Under the pieces are notes generated by a model. The model was given only the letters and a program-made list of their open reading frames with translations, was not told where the DNA came from and made no database searches. 64,000 bases of DNA from Chloroflexota bacterium (GTDB lineage: Bacteria > Chloroflexota > UBA11872 > VXOZ01), in assembly GCA_964291655.2 (NCBI GenBank), contig OZ219802.1, positions 1,024,001-1,088,000 on the forward strand, written 5' to 3'. Position numbers and translations under genes: made by a program. Shown here piece by piece: positions 19,956-29,659 of the stretch (its first letter is position 1; each line of letters opens with the position of its first letter).

Positions 19956-21539
19956 GTGGATAGGACACCTCCAACACCCTCGCGGCGAACACCTTTTGCC
20001 ACTGTTTTCCAATGTCTCTTAGGCATCGGGAACCGATTCATCGTGGCGGGACTGCTGACGCTTGCCTTGCTGGCTCTCCTCTGGGGACGGCTTGCTAACT
20101 CTCGGCAGCGTCTTTCCCCTGCCGGCCTGGTGTCGCTCGCTCTGATAGCCCTCTTCTGGGGACGGATGGGGGGCTATAAGCTGCGGTCCGCTATCGCTGG
20201 ATCGCTGCTCGTCGCCCTTATCGCCGTCAGCGCCGGCACGACGCTTGGCGTAGATGAGCCCTACCTTAAGGTGTCCCTGCCTGCTGGGATGGCAGAGACG
20301 CGCGATGACTTCGGTCGCTTGCGACTGGAGATACGGCCGGGAATGACCGTGACATACACTATTGATTTCGTTGGCGACCCATTGGACCACCCCAATGTCA
20401 ACTGCGGAGACTACCTGCAAGTCCACGTATTTAGTGGTGAGTGGCTGGATTACCTTGAGTTCAGCACAATCAACCATGGCTGGTATACCGATGGAAATGA
20501 CGATGGCGACTGTGATGACCCCGAGGATGGACAGTGGGACGACTTCTTTGGAACGACTGTTGCAGTTACCGTAGATGAAGACGCGGTCGGTGATATAAGC
20601 CTTGGGATTTCCTATGAGGTTGAAAGGCAGTTTTGGAGAGTGATAGCGCCGCGTACGATAGTGCGTATTAGCTTAAAGGGCGTCGAACCTCCCGACCCAA
20701 CACCGACACCCACGCTTACTTCGACACCTCCTCCCACGCCTGTTCCCGGTTCGCCCAACCCGGGCAATGGGGACACGTCCGGCAACGGTACCAACCCCGA
20801 CGGGACTACACCCGGTGGCACTACACCCGGTGGCACTACGCCTGGTGGCACTACATCCGGTACTGATACCCGCGCGCCAGGTGGCTCCGGCGCCACTCCA
20901 GGTGTAGGCTCTGATTCTCCTGATAGCTGCCCGGCTCCGGCCACGCCGACGCAGGCTGCCTACATCGGCTCCACGGACGCCGCAATAGCCAACGAATTCT
21001 TCCCCAGCAATCTCTGGGTCTTTCGAAAAGATGTCCGCAACGCCGACCTCGAATTCAGTATTGGGTGGCTGTCGGCAGACGGCCGCACATACCTGGTCGC
21101 CGGCATCATCCGCGACCCGGAGGGTCAGACCTATACCATCATCCGCCATGAGAACGACGACTGCATCGTCCGTCGCTGGATCCCGCCCTACCACTCGCTG
21201 GTGCAGTCTCTTCCCTGGGAATACATCAATGCCGAGTTCACCGTGCCGAAGAATGTGTTGGGCGCCGTGCCATTGGACCCGCTCAAACCGGTGCACAACC
21301 AGCTCATTCACCGCTTCGACGGTGAAGAAGAACGCATTTATGCTTTTGACGCGACCCTCCAGCAGTGGCGGCATGTACCGGACATAGCATCCTTCCAGGC
21401 GCTCGGTTTCTACTGGTGTGACGTAACGGCAGCAAGCGCATCCTACTACGCCCGCCTGAGCATCGGCCCCCCGCTGCCGACAACTTCCATTCCGGCCCGT
21501 GACGACTACCCCACCTGCCACACGTTTCTAGGATCCTGA
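19956..21539 (+). CDS. Membrane/secreted protein with acidic N-domain, PT/GTTP linker and ~190-aa C-terminal domain
   Basis: Three hydrophobic N-terminal segments, DGNDDGDCDDPEDG, GTTPG repeats, C-terminal IIRD..QTY, VRRWI, HRFDG, FQALGFYWCDVTAA. Confidence 0.75.
   Translation: MDRTPPTPSRRTPFATVFQCLLGIGNRFIVAGLLTLALLALLWGRLANSRQRLSPAGLVSLALIALFWGRMGGYKLRSAIAGSLLVALIAVSAGTTLGVDEPYLKVSLPAGMAETRDDFGRLRLEIRPGMTVTYTIDFVGDPLDHPNVNCGDYLQVHVFSGEWLDYLEFSTINHGWYTDGNDDGDCDDPEDGQWDDFFGTTVAVTVDEDAVGDISLGISYEVERQFWRVIAPRTIVRISLKGVEPPDPTPTPTLTSTPPPTPVPGSPNPGNGDTSGNGTNPDGTTPGGTTPGGTTPGGTTSGTDTRAPGGSGATPGVGSDSPDSCPAPATPTQAAYIGSTDAAIANEFFPSNLWVFRKDVRNADLEFSIGWLSADGRTYLVAGIIRDPEGQTYTIIRHENDDCIVRRWIPPYHSLVQSLPWEYINAEFTVPKNVLGAVPLDPLKPVHNQLIHRFDGEEERIYAFDATLQQWRHVPDIASFQALGFYWCDVTAASASYYARLSIGPPLPTTSIPARDDYPTCHTFLGS
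20801..20862 (+). repeat. 15-bp coding tandem repeat (GTTPG, ~4 units)
   Basis: GGCACTACACCCGGT-like units. Confidence 0.85.
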
Positions 21540-21679
21540 GCCGTTTGGCTGCCAGCATTGCAACTGCTGCCCATTGCTGCCCTGCGCTTCAGGCTTCCTG
21601 CCAGCTACTTTCAACTGCCCTGAATACGTTGATACATTGGAGCGGACAAGCCACGCCTGGCACCAACTGGTACCACTTG

Positions 21680-22001
21680 GATGATTGGGATTCCCTTATC
21701 AGCCACTATAGTCGTCCTCGTTAACGGCTTGTTATTCATACCCCTCGACCACCGCTTCCCCGTGGACAATATGCTCGTCCGCCGCTTCGACGGCCAAGAC
21801 GATCGCATCTTCGCGTTCGATGCTACTCTCCAGCAACGGCGTCAAATCCCGGACTGCGCTACCTTCCAGTCCTTCGACTTCTATTGGTGCGATGTCACCG
21901 CAGCCGATGCCGCCTTCGTCGACCGCATGAACGTCGGCCTGCCCTATCCACGCACCACCACATCCGCCTAGCCCACCTACCCCAACTGCCATAACGTGTG
22001 A
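21680..22001 (+). pseudogene. Relic of a paralogous C-terminal domain of the preceding gene
   Basis: IPLDHRFPVDNMLVRRFDGQDDRIFAFDATLQQ...FYWCDVTAA...SA*PTYPNC aligns with the end of 19956..21539; internal stop; no 5' part. Confidence 0.85.
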
Positions 22002-22205
22002 GCCGCGCACGACACTGTCTTCAATTGCTGCGGGCAGTGAACAGAACCGGTAGCAATGCGGGCACAGGCGTAAAGCCTGCGCCCTCACTATTGCCGCCTC
22101 TCAGTCAGGTACGTTCGGTTTCCGGTGGTATACTGGCGGCAGGTTCTCGGATGGCGCCACCGCATCTCTCAAACCTTCCCAAACACGCGGAGTAAACTTA
22201 GACTT

Positions 22206-22676
22206 ATGTCCAGTACAGTAACCGAGCGACTCCTCAGCCTTCTGCGCGACCACGAAGTATCCTTTTCGTTCAAAGAACACGCACCGGTGAAGACCAGTCA
22301 GGAAGCGGCAGCGGTGCGCGGCACGCCTCTGCACGAGGGCGCGAAAGCCCTTGTCTTTGCCGCGGACGAAGCGATGGTGCTGGCAGTGGTGCCCGCCCAT
22401 CGACGAGTGGGCACGCGTGCTTTCAAGCGAGCGTTTGGCATCAAGAACCTGCGCATGGTCAATCCGGATGAACTGCGTGAACTGACGGGGCTGCCCGTCG
22501 GAGCGGTACCCCCGTTTGGCAGCGTCATAGATCTTCCAACCTATGTGGACCGCGGCCTGCTGGCGAATGAGCGCATCTCATTCAACGCGGGCAGCCGCAC
22601 GGCCTCGATCGTCATGGCATGCCAAGACTACATCGACGTCGAGCAACCCACCCTCGCCGATTTTGCGGCAGACTAG
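22206..22676 (+). CDS. YbaK/ProX-type aminoacyl-tRNA editing domain protein
   Basis: HAPVKTS, GAKAL, TGLPVGAVPPFG, FNAG. Confidence 0.88.
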   Translation: MSSTVTERLLSLLRDHEVSFSFKEHAPVKTSQEAAAVRGTPLHEGAKALVFAADEAMVLAVVPAHRRVGTRAFKRAFGIKNLRMVNPDELRELTGLPVGAVPPFGSVIDLPTYVDRGLLANERISFNAGSRTASIVMACQDYIDVEQPTLADFAAD

Positions 22677-22866
22677 CCACTCCACGCCAGGAAGATCGCT
22701 TGTTCTCAGCGGCCTTGAATCGGGAGCAGTGCGGGGGGCAAGCCCCCGCGCCGCTTTTCTCCACCTGAGCCAACCTGCTCAAACCATTGAATGGACATCT
22801 CGCCAGCCTCGACGCACGCAGTCGTGCGTCGAGAGTCCGCAGCTCACAGCGCCCTGTTTCTCTTCG

Positions 22867-22890
22867 GTAGCGCAGGTTTGAAACCTGCGT
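22867..22890. repeat. Second GTAG-type REP family (also 28461, 33817, 43703)
   Basis: GTAGCGCAGGTTTGAAACCTGCG and variants at gene 3' ends. Confidence 0.7.
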
Positions 22891-23032
22891 CAGGTGTAGA
22901 CATCACCCTCATGCCTACTGGCCATGCGAAGCGAATGCATCCGCCTGACCGGCCCGCTAAGACTTCCTCTCACACCGGCAAGAATGCGGTTTGGGGTTTG
23001 CCAGCCGGCTGGCAAACCGGCCTGCCCGCAAT

Positions 23033-26000
23033 CTACCGCAGCTCCCGTGCAGGAGAATAGGAGCCAGCTTGGGTCATCAAGCTTGCCGCCTCAGTGTAGG
23101 GCATGAAAGCTGCCACATCCTGGGGAGCGGCGGCGCTATGCGGCGGCGCCAGGAGCTTCCGCAGCGCCTGCGCGATCTGAACACTCTCAACTCGGCGCAT
23201 TTCCGCACCGCGGCTGACGGCCCCGAGCGGCGGGAATGTACATTCCCAAGTCAGGCGGTCGTCCACGGTCACAAGACTTGCTGCCAGTGTGCTGCGTTCT
23301 TCCACAACCGCACCGATCTGCTCACATATTTGCCTCGCCTCAGCCTCCTGTGCACGTTGCCCCCTCTGCTGACCGGGAGGAAGGGTGATGACTCTCACCG
23401 CGCCACGCTCCAGGAGCGCAGACGGCAGCGAGTCCAACAGGCGTTCCACCGTGGTCAGGGCCAAGTGCGGACTCCACACGGTCACATGGCGCTCTGCCGC
23501 TTGCAGGTCTTCCAAGAGAAGGCGCCAGCCGGTAGGTTTGCCGGACCGCTTGGCGTCCGCTCCTTGCGAGGGAGACGGCGCCAGCGGCATGCGTGGCAGC
23601 GCACCGGCACGTTCGCTTCGCACAAGCTCGGACGCCGAAACCGCCCACCCGGACTGCACGGCCTCTCCCAGCATGCGCCGCAAGAGCGCACGCGCGCCAA
23701 ACGTGTCGCGCACGTGCTTCCAATGGGCGACGATCATTACCCGCTGCCGCGCCTGACTGAACACGCCGCTAAAGAGGGCATACGCCTGGGAATCGGGGCG
23801 GGAATCGTCAAGAGCAGACCAAGTGAAAGTACCCGGCGTCTCCACGGTATCCAAAATCACAATGTCTGCCGCTTGCTGTGGCAGGCAGGGAGGCGCATAA
23901 ATGTCGATGCCGGCGTTGATCTCCCGGTCGCGGGCCAAGTGAAGCAAGAGGCGAGCTTGTGCAGCGTATGGCGTCACTACCGCAATGGCTGCCTCTGGTT
24001 CTGCCGTGCGGAGCCGTTCCGCGAGCGCTACCGCCGCTAGGGCCCCCCCGATGTTCATGCGCCCTTCCTGCGGAATCGCTTCACTCCACGGCTTCAATGC
24101 ACCGGTATCTACGAGCAACAATGGACTTTCCTGCCCCAGCGCCTTCTCAAGGGGCACGGTATGTCCACGAACCGGTAAGCGCCGCCGCACGCTGCGGCGC
24201 GGCCCCTGCAGTCGGCTTGGCGCCTGCACTAACAGCGATTTGCTGCCGTCCCCGGCAACGTCGAGCCAGCGCGAGACGGCTTCGGCAAACGACGGCTGAA
24301 GCGTATGGCGTTCCGAGAGGTTGACTACCCAGGCCGCAGACTGCGCCCCCAGGCCCGCCATGTATTCGACAAACGAGCGCCCCAGCCAGCGCCCGGCAAC
24401 CGTAGCTTGGGCGCAGTGCCAGGGTTGTAGCGCGGTCTCCTCGGTCGTAACTACGAGACGCGAGTGCGCGAGGCCGGCGGCCCAGAAGAGATGCGGCAGA
24501 GGAATTCTGTGGGCGTCGTCAACAAGCACGACGTCAAACGATTCAGCAGCGAGGAATTCCGCGGCGAGAGCCTGCGAGACCGTGCTCGCCACAAGTCGTG
24601 CTCTTTCACGGGTGGCGAGTCGCACGCCTTTCATACTGCCCAGAGCATTCCGGTGCTTTTCATCCACTTCACTCAGGTGTGCTTCCGTATCTGCAAGCGC
24701 CGCATCAAAACTGTCTGTGGTCAGCTCGTATTGCGCAAGCTGTTGCTGAATGCTGGCACGCAGGCGCTCCGCAGCCGCCTCATTCTCTGCGAGACGGCGC
24801 CGCGCTTCCGCAAGCCGTTGCGCAAATCCGTAGGCCTCCTGCCGCTGCCGCTCCGGATCAACGCGAAAGGTGCGCCGGCCAACGCCTGTGGGCCGCCGGG
24901 TGAGACGCCTGGCCTGCTGCCACACAAGCTCCCACCGCTCCTTCAAGTACTGCACTCCCGAGGGTTCAACAGGTCTGGAGGCCGCGGCTTCCTGCCGCGC
25001 CAGCAGCGCATCCACCTCTGCCTGCACAGCATCACGCTCCTCCGCTGCCCGCTGAGCCAGACCTACGGCCTTCTGCAGGACGCGAAGGGCTTGATTTCGC
25101 TCCGCTAGAGCCTTGCGCTCAGCCTGCAGAGCCGCCAGCTCTTGCTCAAGCTCGGCTTTGAGGTGGCTTTCAGCTCGCTCCATTGCAAGCAACGGGTAGG
25201 CGCTCTGCACAGCCGGATCTGCGCTGCAGCCGCTCCGGAGCACTTCACCGGCTGTGTAGGCGGTCCTGCTTCCGGTCTCGATCAACGTATGGAGCATTGA
25301 ATCTATCGCGCTGTTGGATGGAGCGAGCACGAGCACACGATAGCCGGCCGCTATACAGGTTGCCGCAATGCTGCTGAGCAGGTGGGTCTTCCCGGAGTTT
25401 GCCGGACCGGCAATGACCGTCAACGTTCTTTGAAGCGCCGTGTCAATCGCCTGCTGCTGTGCCTCGTCGAGCATCGTCACCGGAGCGCTTGTCGATTCTT
25501 CAAGTACCTCTTCTGCGGCTAAAGATTCACCTTCAAAGAGCGCGGCACTCAATCCTGAGCTCGTGCCTGGCTCGCTCGACTGCTCCCCGAGCGCCGCGTG
25601 GAGCCGCGCAAGCGCAACCCACGGTTGCGCCACAAGTGTGGCACGCTCGATGAAGCGTGCGGGAGCAACTGCCAGCCGCAGCGACGCGCGCAAACCTTGC
25701 ACGGCAACTATGCGGCATGGATGCACATGGCTGCCAATGTGGAGTTCGCCCGGCGTATCATCCGGGATTGGCAGCAGCGAACTCAATGAGAACGCATAGG
25801 TGTAACCGCTGTCAGTTTCTGAAGTCAGTGTGCCGGACAACACCTCTGCATGAAACGTTGCCGCTTGGGCCCTCATTGCCGCGACTTCAGCAGCCACCGC
25901 CTCTTGCAGTTCTATGGGCAGGCGCGGGGAGCTCTCTCTTGCAGTAGCAGTGTCGGGCGGGCGCACGTTCACTTTGCGATTACCGATCGAAATGTCGTCT

Positions 26001-26086
26001 ACACTACCGCCTATAATACCGCCTAACACGGGCGGCGCTCCAAATCGACCGCCAAGAGTGGCAGCCCCGGCAGGCAAGTCTGGCAA
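23033..26086 (-). CDS. DNA2/NAM7-like SF1 helicase with coiled-coil insert and C-terminal PLD-like domain; degenerate motifs (start uncertain)
   Basis: LDEAQQQA, GPANSGKT, LAPSNSAID, VLVDDAH, VVTPYAAQ; PLD-like LLEDLQAAERHVTVWSP...VTVDD. Confidence 0.75.
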   Translation of the reverse strand: MPDLPAGAATLGGRFGAPPVLGGIIGGSVDDISIGNRKVNVRPPDTATARESSPRLPIELQEAVAAEVAAMRAQAATFHAEVLSGTLTSETDSGYTYAFSLSSLLPIPDDTPGELHIGSHVHPCRIVAVQGLRASLRLAVAPARFIERATLVAQPWVALARLHAALGEQSSEPGTSSGLSAALFEGESLAAEEVLEESTSAPVTMLDEAQQQAIDTALQRTLTVIAGPANSGKTHLLSSIAATCIAAGYRVLVLAPSNSAIDSMLHTLIETGSRTAYTAGEVLRSGCSADPAVQSAYPLLAMERAESHLKAELEQELAALQAERKALAERNQALRVLQKAVGLAQRAAEERDAVQAEVDALLARQEAAASRPVEPSGVQYLKERWELVWQQARRLTRRPTGVGRRTFRVDPERQRQEAYGFAQRLAEARRRLAENEAAAERLRASIQQQLAQYELTTDSFDAALADTEAHLSEVDEKHRNALGSMKGVRLATRERARLVASTVSQALAAEFLAAESFDVVLVDDAHRIPLPHLFWAAGLAHSRLVVTTEETALQPWHCAQATVAGRWLGRSFVEYMAGLGAQSAAWVVNLSERHTLQPSFAEAVSRWLDVAGDGSKSLLVQAPSRLQGPRRSVRRRLPVRGHTVPLEKALGQESPLLLVDTGALKPWSEAIPQEGRMNIGGALAAVALAERLRTAEPEAAIAVVTPYAAQARLLLHLARDREINAGIDIYAPPCLPQQAADIVILDTVETPGTFTWSALDDSRPDSQAYALFSGVFSQARQRVMIVAHWKHVRDTFGARALLRRMLGEAVQSGWAVSASELVRSERAGALPRMPLAPSPSQGADAKRSGKPTGWRLLLEDLQAAERHVTVWSPHLALTTVERLLDSLPSALLERGAVRVITLPPGQQRGQRAQEAEARQICEQIGAVVEERSTLAASLVTVDDRLTWECTFPPLGAVSRGAEMRRVESVQIAQALRKLLAPPHSAAAPQDVAAFMPYTEAASLMTQAGSYSPARELR

Positions 26087-26259
26087 GTTGGCAATTGGCT
26101 ACGAGGTTAGTAGCATTGAAGAGAATCATGCTAACCAGTCTTCGGAATAGGCCGCACGCCTCATGAGATGACGCAAGGAACGCATTCTACTGTCGTTGCA
26201 GTCGTGTAGCTAAGACTAGCAAATCTTACAGAGTCATCGCGGTAAAAGGGAAGCAGCCC

Positions 26260-28335
26260 ATGGCAGAAGCAAGCCCAAAACGAATACTCATCGACAATCA
26301 TCTTGGCCCCTACGGCGCACACACGCTCTCACAGGTGGATCCCGCCGCGCAGATGGCGGCGTTGGGCGACATCGGCACGGACGGAGTGTTGCTGCAAGCC
26401 AAATGCCATTGGGGTCACGCTTACTATGATTCTGCCATCGGCAAGCGGCATCCGGCCCTCGACTTCGACCTGATCGCGGCCCAGGTTAACGCTGCGCGCG
26501 AGCATGGTATCGATCCGGCGCTCTATTACTCGGTGCGCTGGGACGAGCACGCCTATCGGTCCCATCCTGAATGGCGCAGCCACGATGCAGATGGCAACCC
26601 TCAGCCCGGCCCGCACACGCGCTGGCGCTGGCTCTGCCTCAACTCGCCCTACCGCGACTACACCTACGCCATGCTCGACGAGTTGCTTTCACAATACACG
26701 TTTTCACGGCTCTTCTTGGACATCGTCCACTACCGGATGCTCTGTTTCTGCGATCACTGCCGGCAAGCCTGGGGAGAATTCTTTGGGGAACCCTTTCCCG
26801 AGGTGCCAACGCCTCCTTCCGGCTCTCAGCGCCGATCTAGAAGAGGGCGCGGCGCGCGCGGACATCGCCGTCGCTTTGCGCTGGAGCACCGGGCGCGCCT
26901 CGCCGCTTTTGGCAATCACGTAGTTGAAACGTATCTCGCAGGGGTTAAGGAGCGCATCCAAGCCAGCGGCAAAGACATTCAGCTCACCCATAACGCCTTT
27001 TGGCCGTACACGCACGACGACTACCTCTTTGGCGAATCCGATGCCACCGGCGCCAACTTCTTTGCACCCGCCATGCAGACGCACCGCCTGCGGGCAGTGG
27101 CGAAGGGGCGACCCGTCGAAATCGCCTTCTGCTGGGACAACGTCATGTACGCGGGGGTCAGCGAAAGCCAGCTAACGTACCAGGCCGCCAGCGCGCTCAG
27201 CGCCGGTGCAAATGCAACAATCATCTGGGGCGCGCCGGATACGCGTACGGGTTTCTTCGGCGAACCGGTGCTCAACAAAGTTGCCACGACATTCAAGAAG
27301 ATCGGGCCGCTCGCGGACGAGCGTGCACGAGCAACAGCGTACGCGGAAGTCGGCCTGCTCTTTTCTGATGAGCAGGTGGCGATCGGGAACGTGCCAACCG
27401 TACAGGGCTTCAGCCGCGACACGGCCGGCGCGTACAAGTACCTTACCGAACAGCACTTTCCCCTCCGGCTGCTCTGCGATGACGTGCTGGAGGCATCCGA
27501 TCTCGCCGGCTTGAAAGCAGTCATCGTCGCCCATCCGGGCGATCTCCGGCCGGAATCGCTGCCAATCCTGCGGGAATTCGTGGAAGGCGGCGGCCGGATG
27601 CTCGTCACCGGCGCGAACAACCTGCAGCGCGAACTCGGCATCATCCTTGCCGAGCGAAAAGACCATCGCGGCAGGAGGCAGGACGGTTGGTTTATCCACG
27701 CGCCTGAGGCGTGGCAGATTCCCGACTGGGAGTTGGCATGTTCCCTCGGCCACTGGCCGCTGCGGAATTTTCCCGGCTTTGGAGAGCTTGCGTATTCTCT
27801 AAAACCCGTTGTTGAGCCCCATGGCGAGGTGTGGGACAGCCACGGCACGCGCTGGAGCACGGAGACCGGCATGCCGGCGGTGGTCTTTGGGCGTATGGGC
27901 GCGGGCCAAATCGCCTACTGCAACCATGAGCCATTCGCTGAATACATGGTGCGGGGCGCGCGAGCCTTTGGACGCATGGCAATGCGGATACTGCAATTCA
28001 TCGGCTATGCCGCCGACCTGCGACTGCAAGGCGTGCCCAACGTTGAAGCCACCTACACCAAAGACGGCAACGAACTCAAGCTCTTTCTCGTCAACTGTCC
28101 CGTGACACGGCCCCTCGGCGATGGCGTTGGCCGCGGCCGGCGCGCCGGAGCCTGGGTCGACATACCGGAAGCGGTGCCGTTAGCCGACGTAACCATCAAG
28201 ACTGCGCTTGAGGTCAGCGCGGCAACCGCCGCCAGCGGCCAATCGGTGCACGTTGAGCGCAATGGCAAGCACACGTTCGTTACGCTGCCGCGCTTGGTAG
28301 AGATCGACGTCGTGTCACTGCAGATTGCTGAATAA
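26260..28335 (+). CDS. Glycoside hydrolase, GHL6/alpha-fucosidase-like TIM barrel with beta-galactosidase trimerisation-like domain
   Basis: AKCHWGHAYY, HPEW, LCLNSPY, LFLDI, CFCDHC, AEVGLLFS, FVEGGG. Confidence 0.8.
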   Translation: MAEASPKRILIDNHLGPYGAHTLSQVDPAAQMAALGDIGTDGVLLQAKCHWGHAYYDSAIGKRHPALDFDLIAAQVNAAREHGIDPALYYSVRWDEHAYRSHPEWRSHDADGNPQPGPHTRWRWLCLNSPYRDYTYAMLDELLSQYTFSRLFLDIVHYRMLCFCDHCRQAWGEFFGEPFPEVPTPPSGSQRRSRRGRGARGHRRRFALEHRARLAAFGNHVVETYLAGVKERIQASGKDIQLTHNAFWPYTHDDYLFGESDATGANFFAPAMQTHRLRAVAKGRPVEIAFCWDNVMYAGVSESQLTYQAASALSAGANATIIWGAPDTRTGFFGEPVLNKVATTFKKIGPLADERARATAYAEVGLLFSDEQVAIGNVPTVQGFSRDTAGAYKYLTEQHFPLRLLCDDVLEASDLAGLKAVIVAHPGDLRPESLPILREFVEGGGRMLVTGANNLQRELGIILAERKDHRGRRQDGWFIHAPEAWQIPDWELACSLGHWPLRNFPGFGELAYSLKPVVEPHGEVWDSHGTRWSTETGMPAVVFGRMGAGQIAYCNHEPFAEYMVRGARAFGRMAMRILQFIGYAADLRLQGVPNVEATYTKDGNELKLFLVNCPVTRPLGDGVGRGRRAGAWVDIPEAVPLADVTIKTALEVSAATAASGQSVHVERNGKHTFVTLPRLVEIDVVSLQIAE

Positions 28336-28501
28336 CGAGACTATGAGCGCCGGAGACTAACTGATGGCCGCACTAACGTCTCGGTGAGGCAGCGCATTAT
28401 GAAGAAAAACGCAAGTCGGCATTAGCTGCGATCGAAGGCCGGCGAGCGGGCGCGCAACCGGTAGCGCAGATTTGAATCTTGCGCCTACGGCACCACAGGC
28501 T

Positions 28502-29437
28502 CTACCTTCTGATAGCCTCTCTGACTTGCGATTCTATCTCCGCTAGCGTCTCACCGGTCCAGAGTGTCAACCTGGGCAGCACAGTTTCAATGGTGATTGG
28601 CCTATGCGCGCTGTCAATCACCGCCAAAGTCTGGAGCGGACACACAATTTGCCACGGCGCACCATCAAGCACGAGTACGTAATCCTCGTCCCGCGCGAGG
28701 AATGGCTCTCTTTCTGTGTCCTGCAGTACCATGAGCGTTTGGCCGGCTTGCACCGAATGCAACGCGAAGGGATGCATCAGGTCACGCACGACCCGTACAG
28801 TCAGCCACCCCCAGCGCCCGCTTGAATCGACCGTGCTGCTCTCAATGCGGCCGTGAATGATCGGCCGGTTCATGCGCAGCACATCGCTCGCATCCGCGCA
28901 CGATGGTGCTCTCCGTGGCTCCGGCTGCGACACAACTTCAACTATAATGCGCAACACGCTCGCATCCGCCCGGGCCTCAATCTCCCAACAACCGGGGGCG
29001 GAGAATATCAAACGGCTCGGTTGAAAGTCATTGGTATACCCTGCGGGAAGCGAAGCCCAGAGCGGAGCGGAGTCACCGTCGAGACGCTGTCCCTGTATCA
29101 CCAATTGCGATCCAAGCGGCTTGATCCAGGGTACTTTGTGGCTCCCTTGTCGCCATGGCACTGCGACTGCCCAGATCTTCTTGTCGGCGCTCACGAAATA
29201 CTCACCCCGCGGCAGCGGACTAGTCTCGTGAAACAGCTCCGGTGGGTGCACCTGAATGGGTGTGGTTACCGGGCACGCCGTGCTCTGGTCAGACTGCGCT
29301 ACGCCCGTGGCCCCGGGACTTACCGTCGCGTCAGCCGACTCCGGTGGAAGCTCACCTGTCTCTATGGCGCAACCTGAGAATGCGATCGCAATGATGAGCA
29401 CGAAGACTAACCCTGCAAATCGGCGTGGTTGAACCAC
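28502..29437 (-). CDS. Hypothetical lipoprotein
   Basis: Lipobox FSGC; CPVT and PSRLIFSAPGCW motifs. Confidence 0.7.
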   Translation of the reverse strand: MVQPRRFAGLVFVLIIAIAFSGCAIETGELPPESADATVSPGATGVAQSDQSTACPVTTPIQVHPPELFHETSPLPRGEYFVSADKKIWAVAVPWRQGSHKVPWIKPLGSQLVIQGQRLDGDSAPLWASLPAGYTNDFQPSRLIFSAPGCWEIEARADASVLRIIVEVVSQPEPRRAPSCADASDVLRMNRPIIHGRIESSTVDSSGRWGWLTVRVVRDLMHPFALHSVQAGQTLMVLQDTEREPFLARDEDYVLVLDGAPWQIVCPLQTLAVIDSAHRPITIETVLPRLTLWTGETLAEIESQVREAIRR

Positions 29438-29659
29438 TCTCTCATCCTTTCTGTACTAGGGTGGTGCCCGTCGCGCCATTACCTCTGCAGTCAGAAAAGC
29501 TCACTACCCGCGGCACACCCCCCCTGAAGACTCAGGCTCTCCGCACTCTGAGAAACCGCGCCGTCACCTACCTAAATTCTACACATCGCCAAGCCGAGTG
29601 CGGTACCATGAGAGGTGCATTTCTTCATTAGATTCACGCAAGTCAGGAGCCGGAAATAG

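Noticed and set aside
21240-22001. Diversity-generating retroelement VR/TR pair
   Set aside because: Differences between the copies are not confined to adenines, and no reverse transcriptase is in the window.
16664-22100. Prophage, integron or integrative element at fabG
   Set aside because: No integrase, attC-like sites or phage genes; only a decayed duplication is visible.
29440-29659. Lysine riboswitch upstream of lysA
   Set aside because: An AGAGGTGC is present but only ~50 nt before the start codon, and the other L-box elements are not recognisable.
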